DNA from: a bacterium
GTDB lineage: Bacteria > JAHJDO01
Assembly (NCBI GenBank): GCA_043824255.1
Contig: JBDRTG010000001.1
Location: forward strand, 1-25,376
Direction of reading: 5' to 3'
Length of the DNA stretch: 25,376 nucleotides
A program made the position numbers and the translations under genes. The notes under the pieces were generated by a model, which saw only the letters and a list, made by a program, of their open reading frames with translations, made no database searches and was not told where the DNA came from. This document shows positions 1-9,151 of the stretch, piece after piece; positions within the stretch are counted from its first letter, which is position 1; every line of letters starts with the position of its first letter.

Positions 1-285
1 AAGACGCCAGTGATTTTTTAAAAAATACTCTGATTCAGCCTTTTTAGTATAATCAATATCCTGCTGACATATATACATCCAAAAAGGAATGCCCATATAA
101 ACAAAACTGCATTTTGCCTCTTTAAGACGTTCTGCTGCTCTAGAATTACCCAAATTGCCGCCCCAGTCTGTTTGAAAACATATAATAGCCTTATCTTCAG
201 CTTGCAGCTGGTTTATGCCATAGCAGGATAGTAATAAACTTAGACACAACACAACAACCACTCTCACATACATTCTTCTTCTCAT
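1..285 (-). CDS. Secreted hypothetical protein, N-terminal part only (runs off window edge)
   Basis: Not in the ORF track. ATG at 285 with GGAGGT RBS just upstream; frame open to base 1: MRRRMYVRVVVVLCLSLLLSCYGINQLQAEDKAIICFQTDWGG... Basic N-terminus, hydrophobic core and LQA-ED cleavage-like site. Confidence 0.7.
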   Translation of the reverse strand, partial: MRRRMYVRVVVVLCLSLLLSCYGINQLQAEDKAIICFQTDWGGNLGNSRAAERLKEAKCSFVYMGIPFWMYICQQDIDYTKKAESEYFLKNHWRL

Positions 286-310
286 AACACACCTCCATTT
301 TTATTGTTTA

Positions 311-1327
311 TTATTTCTTTCTTGTAGATTCTCTTACAATCAACTTCGGTTCCAAAACAATTTGTTCACATTCAGTATTTCTTTTCTGAATTCTTTCTAC
401 TAATCTTTTTATAAGATATTTAGCTTCTTTTTCTCTAGAATGTCCTATAGTAGTTAGAGGAGGATTGCAATATCTACTCATTTCAATATTGTCAGCCCCG
501 ACAATGGCCATGTCATGTGGAATCTTGAGCCCTGCTTCATTAACAGCTCTTATAGCTCCAAGTGCCAGAAAATCATTGTTCATAAACATTGCTGTGGGTC
601 TTTCTTTCATCTCTATAAAGTCTTTAGCTACGGTGTATCCGTCTTCCATATTATAACCTTCACAGTGCTTTATTAGAGAAGGCTCAAGTTTTATGTTATA
701 CTGCCTTAATGCCCTTTTATATCCTTCAACTCTACTGGGTCCGCTCATCATTCTTCTCCTGTGAGTGGTTTCCACACAACCAATTCTTTTATGTCCCATC
801 TCAATTAAATGCTTTGTTACAATAAAACCTTCCTTTTCTCCATCAATTGATATCCAATCTATGTTTTTAAAACCATACATCTTACTCCGGAAGACTACAG
901 GGACATTGTCTTTCTGTAATTTAGGGAAATAATCCTTATTCTCCTCCAATAAGGGAGAGTTTAAAATTAATCCATCTACTACATGTTGGTACACTGTCTC
1001 CAGGAACAGACGCTCATTACTGGAATTCACATCTTCTAAAAACAGGTATGTTTTATAGCCTTTCTTCTTTGCCTCTATTTCGATGTATTTACATGTTTCC
1101 ATATATACTGGATTTATGTCATTTGGAATTACTATTCCTATGGTGTCCGTTTTTTTGAGTACCAGACTTCTTGCAAGAGGACTGGGGGCATATCCTAATT
1201 CCTTTGCTACAGCTTTTATTCTTAATCTTGTATTTTTATTAATTGTTCCTGTGTTATTTAATGCCATTGAGGCAGTTGATACTGCAACTCCTGCAACCTG
1301 AGCTACTTGTTTTATGTTTACTGCCAT
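311..1327 (-). CDS. LacI-family transcriptional regulator
   Basis: HTH 'NIKQVAQVAGVAVSTASMALN', hinge 'LGYAPSPLARSL', C-terminal 'PPLTTI' and 'LIVREST'. Start moved to ATG 1327 (AAGGGG RBS) from ORF-track 1366. Confidence 0.95.
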   Translation of the reverse strand: MAVNIKQVAQVAGVAVSTASMALNNTGTINKNTRLRIKAVAKELGYAPSPLARSLVLKKTDTIGIVIPNDINPVYMETCKYIEIEAKKKGYKTYLFLEDVNSSNERLFLETVYQHVVDGLILNSPLLEENKDYFPKLQKDNVPVVFRSKMYGFKNIDWISIDGEKEGFIVTKHLIEMGHKRIGCVETTHRRRMMSGPSRVEGYKRALRQYNIKLEPSLIKHCEGYNMEDGYTVAKDFIEMKERPTAMFMNNDFLALGAIRAVNEAGLKIPHDMAIVGADNIEMSRYCNPPLTTIGHSREKEAKYLIKRLVERIQKRNTECEQIVLEPKLIVRESTRKK

Positions 1328-1384
1328 ATAAACCCCTTTATGAGTACGAAAATGGTAACGACGCAAGATACGTATTTAAAAATT

Positions 1385-1398
1385 ATAAATCGTTTCAT
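1385..1398. promoter_or_regulatory. Putative LacI-type operator
   Basis: ATAAATCGTTTCAT, imperfect CG-centred palindrome (5/7 pairs) just downstream of the -10 box. Confidence 0.45.
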
Positions 1399-1404
1399 AT
1401 TGTT

Positions 1405-1432
1405 ATTATACAATATACAATTTTATTGTCAA
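1405..1432 (-). promoter_or_regulatory. Sigma70-type promoter for the LacI gene
   Basis: Minus strand TTGACA-16 nt-TATAAT, both hexamers perfect consensus. Confidence 0.8.
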
Positions 1433-1453
1433 GGGTGTTTTTGCGAAAAATGG

Positions 1454-4400
1454 TTATTTTATCTCAGAGACCATTTTTTTCTGAAGCGAAATAGTTTTCT
1501 TTTCCAGAGCATCAATCCTGCGGCAGAAATCTACAAACTTGGGATAATCTGAAGGAGAGATTTCCTGAGGAAAAAGTTCAAAGTGCTGTTTTACTTTCAG
1601 TGTGTTTTTGTTGAACGTAAATTCAACTAGATATTTGCCGAATTTACTCTCTTCAGTAATGTTTTGAGGTACGTCCTTAATTATAAAATTATCAGGGATA
1701 TTTATATCAAACTTTTGACCTAGATATAGAGGAGTAAATTTAAGCTTTATTCTGATCGGGAATTTTCGCTGGGTTTTTTGTATATATTTTTTGCTGAGTT
1801 CAAGTTTAAAAGGAATAGGGTTGAATATAAACTCATCATCTTGTCCCGATACCTGTTGGAGAAAATCAGATATCTTAAATTTATATTTTATACGGAATGG
1901 TTCTTCAGGATTATCTATATTTGGGAATTCTGCCTTTTCTAATACAGGCTCTCCAAAGGAGTTTGCCAGACCTTTTTCAATATATTTACCCCATAGATTT
2001 TTTTCTATGCCCTCAAGAAAAACAAGTCGAAATAAAGCGGATAAATTGCCCGGATAGGTTTCCTCTGCCAAACAATCAGATTTTCCGTTAATATCTCTGT
2101 TAATATTTATAACTAAACTTGTTTCTGCACCATTAGCTGAAAGATCCAAAGGAGGAATTTTGCATATCTGATAATTAGTTGTATTAAAAACAAGTGCATC
2201 TCCATTTGTTAAACTCGAAGAAATTTCGCCAAACTTAAGATATTTGTTGCTTATGTCAAGCCAAACATTGTTCCCCTGAAGATTAAGTTTTACAAGTGGT
2301 GTTGAAAAAGCGCCATAATAGGGTGCAGCCATTTTTGCAAATGTATTGGGTCTTACAAGAACATAAGTTGCATCCAGCCCTGCTATATCCAACATTACTT
2401 TTAGCAAAATAGCTTTATTTCCACTTTTTTCTGCTAACGTAGATATTGCAGGTTCAAACTTACTACTGTTATGTTTAATAGTCCTGTTTATATAATAGTA
2501 TATTGCCTCTGCCTTTTCATGAGGGGTGTTACAATCCTTTATAATTTCATAGGTTGTATCTTTAAGTGTAGATGTAACAACAGATGTTCCCATAATTAAA
2601 CTTCTGTAGAGATCACTCATTTTATCCAATTTCATAGAAGCCGTTATAATAATATTTGGTAATACATCTTCTTTTGGAGGCATCATAACCTCTTCTGTAA
2701 CACCTGGAATGTTATAGCATTCGAACTGAACAAGTTTTTTATTGCCTTCCAAGTTTTTTTCTTCCTTTACTATGTTCTCCCCTAAATTTCTAGATATATA
2801 TGACACATTAATGTCTGAGGGGAATATTGCAGTATAACGAGACCAAAGAACCGCCTCATTAAATGCCTGGAAATAGAATGGAGGTAATCTAAAATAACCT
2901 TTAGCAATATTATATGATTTATGTTCGACTGTATATTTATACTCTATCACTGCATCCTTCTCTAATCCATGAATAGAGTAGGTATTTTTCCCCTTTATCT
3001 TTACAGGTTCCAATATTGTTCCGTCTTTAAGGAATACTCTTAATTCTTCCAGGTTCCCAGGGATGTAAATTTCACCATATTTTTCTATCCCTATTTCACT
3101 GAGGATTTTAACTACCTTATGTACTGTTTCTTTATAACTGCCGTCTGTATTAAGAATTATAACCTGCCCATTGTATAAACTTGCAGTGTAGGCATTTGGA
3201 AGTTCGCTTAGATCTTTATTATCCGAAATTAGTTTTACTGTATTAAATTTCTTTAAAGTATAGGGTGCTGTACTTGCTTTTATTTCAGCTAACAGGTTTC
3301 TGAGTTCATAATCACGTGGATTAAGCTTTAAGGCAGATTCCCATGCTTCTATTGCACTATTTGTCATATTCTCAGAATAGAAAAGGTTCCCCAATAGTTT
3401 ATAGCACATACTGTATGTTGGTATAATGTCCAGAATATCTTTATATTGTTTGTATGCGCCTCTGTAGTCTCCCAATTTAGAATATAATCTACCCAATTCC
3501 AGCCGTAGATCTGTTCTCAATGGATTAGCTTTTATACTGGCATTATACTGTGCTACTGTCTGATCATATTTGCCTTGCCTGAGTAATAAAGAGACAGGTA
3601 TATTGCCGATTTTTTTATAGATCCTTTCTGCGTTATTAAACTGGTTCCTGTCAGTGTATAACTTTGCTTTGAGGACTAAGGCATCTTTTAGCTCTGGATT
3701 GATTTTTAAAGCAAAATCAATGGATTTTGTGGCTTCTAAATCCCATCCTCTATTCCTGTAAACTCTTCCAAGATCAACATAGCCATGAGCAAACTCAGAA
3801 TTTATTTTTATTGTATGTCTAAATTTCTCTATTGCTTCTTCATATAACTTGTTTCTCTCAAAATATAGGCCCAGGGCTCCTAAAGCGGGTACATACTGGC
3901 TGTCATATTCGATAACTTTATTGTAAAAATCCTTTGCTTTGTTTTCTCTTTCTATTTTTGGGAGAAATCTGGCTTGTTCATACGTCTTGCCGATTGCATA
4001 CAAAAATCCTGAGAATTTGGGCTGAAGCTCTACCGCATTCTTTAGGTATTTTATCCCCTTATCTTGCAGTCCTTGGAAATAAAGAAGTCTGCCAGTGTGA
4101 TAGTAATTCAGCGCTTTATCATCTAAACATTCAATATCATTGCGAGGGAGAGACTCCCGAAGCAACTCAGTTTCAGGTTGCCACGTCGTACTCCCGAAAG
4201 CTTTCGGGACTTTTGGAACTCCTCGCAATGACGCAGTTGATAAGTTATCCGTAAACTTTAGATTTGTACAGTTTTTTTCTTTCAGGTCAGTTACTCTTAA
4301 CTTAAGTGTCCAGCTGCCTAATTCTACCTCACAAACAGACTTGATAAGCAGAGAATTCCATCCTTCCTCCAGGGAAACAGGAAACGAATTAGTAAGAGGA

Positions 4401-5218
4401 TAGAAATTCTTATATCTGTCACATACAGAGACGCATTGATAGTTGACCCATGCTTTCCAGGCACATGGTGTTTGGAGCTTGAAAATCACATCCTGCCTAA
4501 AAGGAGAATATATAAACGTCAGCGCATAAGCGCATCCAACATTTGGCTTAACTATCTGTTTAAAGTCGACTAAGCCATTTATAAAGATATTTTCAAAACG
4601 TCTCCAGCGAATTTCTCCAGGATATCCATGATAACTAACACTGAGATTGAGCTCTTCTTCCGGGAGGAATTTCTCATAGAAACATGAGCGTCCAAATTTC
4701 CCAAACGGACCTATTACTGCCCATTTAGTTACATATCCAAAAGAATCATATATTTTTTTAGCCTTTTTTGGCTGATGAGTGAGGTTATAGAATTTTACCA
4801 GAACTTGTTTTATGAGAAACTTGTTTCCCTGATTACTTATCCCTTTTTTTAATGTCTTCTCGAGAATCTTAATAGTTTTTTTATAATCCCTGAACTTGTT
4901 AAACTTGTTAGATGAGTTCAACAAGCTTTGTAATGTAACCGCGCTTCCTATAGAATCAGGGTCTTCCTTTAATATTTTCAGCCAGCTATTCAGCATCTCG
5001 TCATATTTACCTCTGGCTTCATATGCAAAAGCCATCCCCTCATATGCAGACAATGCATCTTTATTCTGGCCAATGTCTTTGGAGAAATATTCAATAGCTT
5101 CGTCATACCTGTTCTGATAAAGAGCCTTCCAGCCTCGAGACAAAGAATCAGCAACTGCATTTGCGCCTGTTGCTAAGCATATAAGTATTACTAGAGCGAA
5201 ATTTTTAAATAATCTCAT
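1454..5218 (-). CDS. Exported TPR + jelly-roll + DUF3857/transglutaminase-like protein, catalytically degenerate paralogue
   Basis: Signal peptide (ANA-VAD), many TPR-like repeats, 'WAVIGPF...GWNSLLIK' beta-domain, 'LEKDAVIEYKY', 'WLDIS', C-terminal 'ISPSDYPKFVDFCRRID'. Lacks the GDC and NH motifs. Confidence 0.8.
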   Translation of the reverse strand: MRLFKNFALVILICLATGANAVADSLSRGWKALYQNRYDEAIEYFSKDIGQNKDALSAYEGMAFAYEARGKYDEMLNSWLKILKEDPDSIGSAVTLQSLLNSSNKFNKFRDYKKTIKILEKTLKKGISNQGNKFLIKQVLVKFYNLTHQPKKAKKIYDSFGYVTKWAVIGPFGKFGRSCFYEKFLPEEELNLSVSYHGYPGEIRWRRFENIFINGLVDFKQIVKPNVGCAYALTFIYSPFRQDVIFKLQTPCAWKAWVNYQCVSVCDRYKNFYPLTNSFPVSLEEGWNSLLIKSVCEVELGSWTLKLRVTDLKEKNCTNLKFTDNLSTASLRGVPKVPKAFGSTTWQPETELLRESLPRNDIECLDDKALNYYHTGRLLYFQGLQDKGIKYLKNAVELQPKFSGFLYAIGKTYEQARFLPKIERENKAKDFYNKVIEYDSQYVPALGALGLYFERNKLYEEAIEKFRHTIKINSEFAHGYVDLGRVYRNRGWDLEATKSIDFALKINPELKDALVLKAKLYTDRNQFNNAERIYKKIGNIPVSLLLRQGKYDQTVAQYNASIKANPLRTDLRLELGRLYSKLGDYRGAYKQYKDILDIIPTYSMCYKLLGNLFYSENMTNSAIEAWESALKLNPRDYELRNLLAEIKASTAPYTLKKFNTVKLISDNKDLSELPNAYTASLYNGQVIILNTDGSYKETVHKVVKILSEIGIEKYGEIYIPGNLEELRVFLKDGTILEPVKIKGKNTYSIHGLEKDAVIEYKYTVEHKSYNIAKGYFRLPPFYFQAFNEAVLWSRYTAIFPSDINVSYISRNLGENIVKEEKNLEGNKKLVQFECYNIPGVTEEVMMPPKEDVLPNIIITASMKLDKMSDLYRSLIMGTSVVTSTLKDTTYEIIKDCNTPHEKAEAIYYYINRTIKHNSSKFEPAISTLAEKSGNKAILLKVMLDIAGLDATYVLVRPNTFAKMAAPYYGAFSTPLVKLNLQGNNVWLDISNKYLKFGEISSSLTNGDALVFNTTNYQICKIPPLDLSANGAETSLVININRDINGKSDCLAEETYPGNLSALFRLVFLEGIEKNLWGKYIEKGLANSFGEPVLEKAEFPNIDNPEEPFRIKYKFKISDFLQQVSGQDDEFIFNPIPFKLELSKKYIQKTQRKFPIRIKLKFTPLYLGQKFDINIPDNFIIKDVPQNITEESKFGKYLVEFTFNKNTLKVKQHFELFPQEISPSDYPKFVDFCRRIDALEKKTISLQKKMVSEIK
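4137..4231. repeat. REP/RPE-like palindromic element inserted in frame in the CDS
   Basis: Perfect 11-bp terminal inverted repeat TCATTGCGAGG / CCTCGCAATGA; internal perfect palindrome TCCCGAAAGCTTTCGGGA (4192-4209); similar ends to the intergenic element at 11871-11943. Confidence 0.8.
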
Positions 5219-8200
5219 TATTCAGCCACGGGTATCTTTTTAATTATTATTTCCTTGCTTTCGTTCTTATCTATGTCTGCAGCGAATTTACGAAATTCTG
5301 AATACTCTTCAGGCGAAACTCTTGAGACATCTAACTGAAGCTTTATTTTAACTATAATCTTATCAGGTAATTTACCATATATCATTGATAGAGAGCCGAA
5401 TTTGCTTTTAAGTTCAACATCTTGAGGCAAGTGAATTGCTTCATAACCTTGTGGGAGCAAGAATTCAGTTGTTTTGTTATCCATAAATGGATACGAAAGT
5501 AAGAGATCATGTTTTCGTATACTACTTGAAGCATACCTTTGAGTAAGTTTGTGCCTTAACATAACAGGATTAAATGAAAAACCTTCGGAAACAGGTTTTA
5601 AGAACTTTGGCACACTGACAGCATAATTGTATTTTATAGGAGTATCCAGTCCTGATAAATCAGGGAAATGGATATTTATTACTTGCACACCTTCAAATAT
5701 GGTGTTTAATAATTTTTCAAACTCCTCCTTTTGCTTTGAAGGAATTTGGAAAAAATATCTAATTCCAGAACAGAATGCTCCACTAACTATTTCTGTTCCG
5801 CCAATGTATGCGCTGCCATCGTTTTTTAATAGTACATTTTTATCTGAAATGCGGTTATTAGGAATGCCTGCGCTAACAGGTATTGCAGATAATATGCCCT
5901 TCCTTCGCTTCAGGTCTACTACAAACACACCGACTCCCTGATCCATCCATGGTATTTCATTGATACTGCTATATTCAGCAGTGCCATCCAGCCAGAGCTC
6001 TTTTCCACCCTTAAGTCTGATATGACATATTGCGTGATTAAATAAGCCAAGAGAGGCTTGGGATAAATCAAATCTGCCTCTGGATCTTGTTCTTACAAGT
6101 ACAATTTCCGAAGGAATCCCAGCTTCTTTAAGCATTGTCATAATCAGTAGAGCTTTATCCTTGCAGTCACCGAATTTCCTGCTAAATACCTGGCATGCTT
6201 TATATGGCTTATAACCATGTATGCCGAATTCCAGAGCTACATATCTAATTTTCTTAACAACATAATTATATATAGCTTCAATCTTATCAATTTCTGTATT
6301 CTTATTTTCTGTTAATGAGGCTACTATCTTTTTTATTTCAGGAGATGATTCCATCTGATCCCTTGTAAGATCAGCGTACCACCTAGCCATATCTGTCCAA
6401 TCCTTAAATGTAGATATAAGCAGATACGGAGTAATCTCTTGGTAAGGAGGCATACTCAACTCTTTGTCTATTTTTTCAATGTTCCTTTTCTCCCAAATAT
6501 AGCTAATAGTATCAGCATGTTTATCATAAATTTTTCGGGGAATGATATGGAGCTTTGGGCTATAAAAATAAAATTTGCGGTGTTTTGGAGCAATGAGAAT
6601 ATATTTAGAAAAAATTATAGGATTTGTATCTTTAAACAGGAACATATTTCCAAAGTAATCACCATATATATTGCCCCCTATATCGTTGACCTTGTATTCA
6701 AAATCAACAATATCCCCTTTTTCAAGAGAACTAAACTTAATGGTTTTTCTTCTGTAATCATAGTATAGTCTATACTGCGGGTTGGATGTGGACACGTCAG
6801 AGAATTTATAATAATCCATTGTTGTTCCATCTTTCTTTATAATGCGCGCTTTTTTAACAATAACTTCCTGGTCTCCAGGCACATAATATATGTTGAGATG
6901 ATTAAAATCCTTTACCCCTTTATCTGTAAGAACTTTAATGACTTGATGTACATATTCAGACGAAGTGCCATCCACATATACCCGTGAGATCGCTTTATCA
7001 AGAAGATAAACAGCTTCGCTATCAACATGTTTTAGGTTATTTGCAGAATTGATTATTGCTGTTATGTTCTCCGTGAAATTCTCTTCATAAGCTTCTTTCT
7101 TTGGACTCACAAATTCCTCATATTTCCTGAGCCATGTATAGTCAGGCTTTATTTTCAAAGCCTTATTAATAAACTCTTCAAACTTTTCATAATTACCGAT
7201 ACGTCGATATAGGAGCCCTAAACTTGAAAGTATTTCATAGTTCTCCGGACAGATTATCATTGCTTGATTACATACTTTAATGGCGTTATGGAATTGGTGT
7301 CTGTTGGCATATATCTTTGCCATGCGAAGATAGCTCCTCGTATCATACGGATTCAAGGCCGACATTTCACATAGTCTATTCAAGGCTTCTGAGCGCTTGC
7401 TCGTATTTAGTAAAATTTTAATAATTTTCTCTCTTGCATAATTATCCATAAAATCTATCTCTGAAAGCTTTCGGAGTTGTGTTAAAGTTTCTTCCTGTGA
7501 ATGATGCTCATAATAGCGAATTATACTATTCTGCGTTTCTTTCTTATATGTAGGAGCATCTTTTATCCCCTCAAGCAAAGGAGGAATAAGCGGAGTTAAA
7601 CCCTGTTTTGAGTAAATAGAGATTTTTAGACAAATTGCCGGGAGAAATGATGGATTAATATCAAGACATTTATTAACTATATCCAGGGCTTTTGTCAGGT
7701 TATTAGCATTTAGGTAATATTTTGCTAGTTGATAAAAGGCTATTGTAAAATTAGGATCTAATTTAATAGTTTTCTCTAACAGTTCCCTTCTTTTGTTTGG
7801 TTGATGTGCAAGATTTGCTCCAAGATAGTTATAGAAAGGATTATCAGGATTTAGTTGAATCGCTTTTGTTATACATAGAAAATCCTTATGTTTGGTTTCA
7901 TCATACGGCATGCTTTTATTGTATAGATATGCTAAATAATAATAGAGTCGTGCATTATTCGGGTCAGTTTTGATGCTTTCTTCAAGGCGGAATATATTTC
8001 CAGAGCTAGTCTTGTCAGTATCTTCCACAGGAACATGTTCTGCTATCTTTGCAGGTAAATTTGCGCGAACCTTTAGTCTTGATATACGTTTGCCGTCTGG
8101 AGATGTTATCCTGAAGAGCAATCCCCATTTCTCCTGTTTTTGACAGAGTTTAATCAGGATTTTGTTCCATCCTTTGTTAAGAAAGACCCTTGCATGACTC

Positions 8201-8970
8201 TGATCAAATCGTGCAGCATGATAATTATTATTGCTAAAAACTAATCTGTTATTTAGCCATATCTTAATTGCATCATCATGTCCCATTCTAAATGCAACTT
8301 CTCTTTTCTTATTTGATTTAACAAATGTTAGTAGATAACTACAGGTGTTTTTATTTGGTCTAAAAATAGCTCCAAGGTCAATGAATCCTAACGGAGATTC
8401 AATATTTATATGCCTCCATTTTACTTTTCTATCCTTACCCTGATATTCAGAAGAAATTTTTATTTCTGTCTCAGGCGGGTATTTTTTGTCAAAACCTGTT
8501 TTCCCATCATTGTCAAAGGGGCCTATTACAAACCAGTTTTGAATAAAACCAAGTTTTGCACACAAGCTCTTTGCCGCCTCAATTTTCCCATCTTCAAGGT
8601 ATAGTTGCAGCATGAACCATTTAGCAAGAGATTTTAGTGATTGGTTAGATTTTCTGCCTTTTCTTATATATTTACAGATTTTTAAGACGTTTGTTTTATT
8701 ACTGATACTGAAACGCATATCAAAAATTCTTCTTAGATATACCTCCTGCTGTACGCTGTCGGAAGTCTCTCTAATTAGCTTTTCATACAATGCAAATGCT
8801 TTATCATAATGCCCCTTTGCTTCCTCAGACAGTCCCGAGTTTTCTAATCTGCTGATATCATCTATATTTGGAGTTGTATAACCCGCAATTGGAACGAAAA
8901 GTATGGAAATAAAAACAAGAACGAGAAATAGAAATTTTAAATTTTGAATTTTGAATTTTAAATTAATCAT
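5218..8970 (-). CDS. Exported TPR + jelly-roll + DUF3857/transglutaminase-like protein with intact Cys-His-Asp triad
   Basis: Hydrophobic signal segment, TPRs, 'WFVIGPFDN...GHDDAIKIWLN...KGWNKILIK', 'LEKGDIVDFEY', 'IRYVALEFGIHGYKP', 'GDCKDKA', 'FNHAI', 'WLDGT'. Stop overlaps the next ATG (TAATG). Confidence 0.85.
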   Translation of the reverse strand: MINLKFKIQNLKFLFLVLVFISILFVPIAGYTTPNIDDISRLENSGLSEEAKGHYDKAFALYEKLIRETSDSVQQEVYLRRIFDMRFSISNKTNVLKICKYIRKGRKSNQSLKSLAKWFMLQLYLEDGKIEAAKSLCAKLGFIQNWFVIGPFDNDGKTGFDKKYPPETEIKISSEYQGKDRKVKWRHINIESPLGFIDLGAIFRPNKNTCSYLLTFVKSNKKREVAFRMGHDDAIKIWLNNRLVFSNNNYHAARFDQSHARVFLNKGWNKILIKLCQKQEKWGLLFRITSPDGKRISRLKVRANLPAKIAEHVPVEDTDKTSSGNIFRLEESIKTDPNNARLYYYLAYLYNKSMPYDETKHKDFLCITKAIQLNPDNPFYNYLGANLAHQPNKRRELLEKTIKLDPNFTIAFYQLAKYYLNANNLTKALDIVNKCLDINPSFLPAICLKISIYSKQGLTPLIPPLLEGIKDAPTYKKETQNSIIRYYEHHSQEETLTQLRKLSEIDFMDNYAREKIIKILLNTSKRSEALNRLCEMSALNPYDTRSYLRMAKIYANRHQFHNAIKVCNQAMIICPENYEILSSLGLLYRRIGNYEKFEEFINKALKIKPDYTWLRKYEEFVSPKKEAYEENFTENITAIINSANNLKHVDSEAVYLLDKAISRVYVDGTSSEYVHQVIKVLTDKGVKDFNHLNIYYVPGDQEVIVKKARIIKKDGTTMDYYKFSDVSTSNPQYRLYYDYRRKTIKFSSLEKGDIVDFEYKVNDIGGNIYGDYFGNMFLFKDTNPIIFSKYILIAPKHRKFYFYSPKLHIIPRKIYDKHADTISYIWEKRNIEKIDKELSMPPYQEITPYLLISTFKDWTDMARWYADLTRDQMESSPEIKKIVASLTENKNTEIDKIEAIYNYVVKKIRYVALEFGIHGYKPYKACQVFSRKFGDCKDKALLIMTMLKEAGIPSEIVLVRTRSRGRFDLSQASLGLFNHAICHIRLKGGKELWLDGTAEYSSINEIPWMDQGVGVFVVDLKRRKGILSAIPVSAGIPNNRISDKNVLLKNDGSAYIGGTEIVSGAFCSGIRYFFQIPSKQKEEFEKLLNTIFEGVQVINIHFPDLSGLDTPIKYNYAVSVPKFLKPVSEGFSFNPVMLRHKLTQRYASSSIRKHDLLLSYPFMDNKTTEFLLPQGYEAIHLPQDVELKSKFGSLSMIYGKLPDKIIVKIKLQLDVSRVSPEEYSEFRKFAADIDKNESKEIIIKKIPVAE
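8933..8964. repeat. Heptamer tandem repeat AATTTT[A/G] x ~4.5
   Basis: aatttta aattttg aattttg aatttta aatt, encoding 'NLKFKIQNLKF' on the minus strand. Confidence 0.7.
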
Positions 8971-9017
8971 TACAAAACGTATCTTGCAGTACGAACACCC
9001 TCCGAAAATCTTTCATC

Positions 9018-9048
9018 AATATAACATTTTGCGGCTTTACAAGCAATA
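9018..9048 (-). promoter_or_regulatory. Promoter for the TPR-transglutaminase pair (repeat copy 1)
   Basis: Minus strand TTGCTT-17 nt-TATATT with TGn extended -10; 27/31 identical to 11657-11687. Confidence 0.65.
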
Positions 9049-9078
9049 ATTTAAAATCAAGAAATTTCCCATTTTTTG

Positions 9079-9107
9079 TTGACGTCTCAAGCAATTCTAA
9101 GTATAGT
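9079..9107 (+). promoter_or_regulatory. Promoter for the NYN gene
   Basis: TTGACG-17 nt-TATAGT, 44 nt upstream of ATG 9152. Confidence 0.65.
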
Positions 9108-9151
9108 AAAAAGCGACAGCAAATGTTCAATGATTAACATTATAGCCAATT

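Noticed and set aside
1363..8987. 11-bp inverted repeat GCAAGATACGT (1363-1373 and 8977-8987) flanking the two TPR genes
   Set aside because: Does not extend, no recombinase or transposase nearby, and an 11-mer match is plausible by chance.
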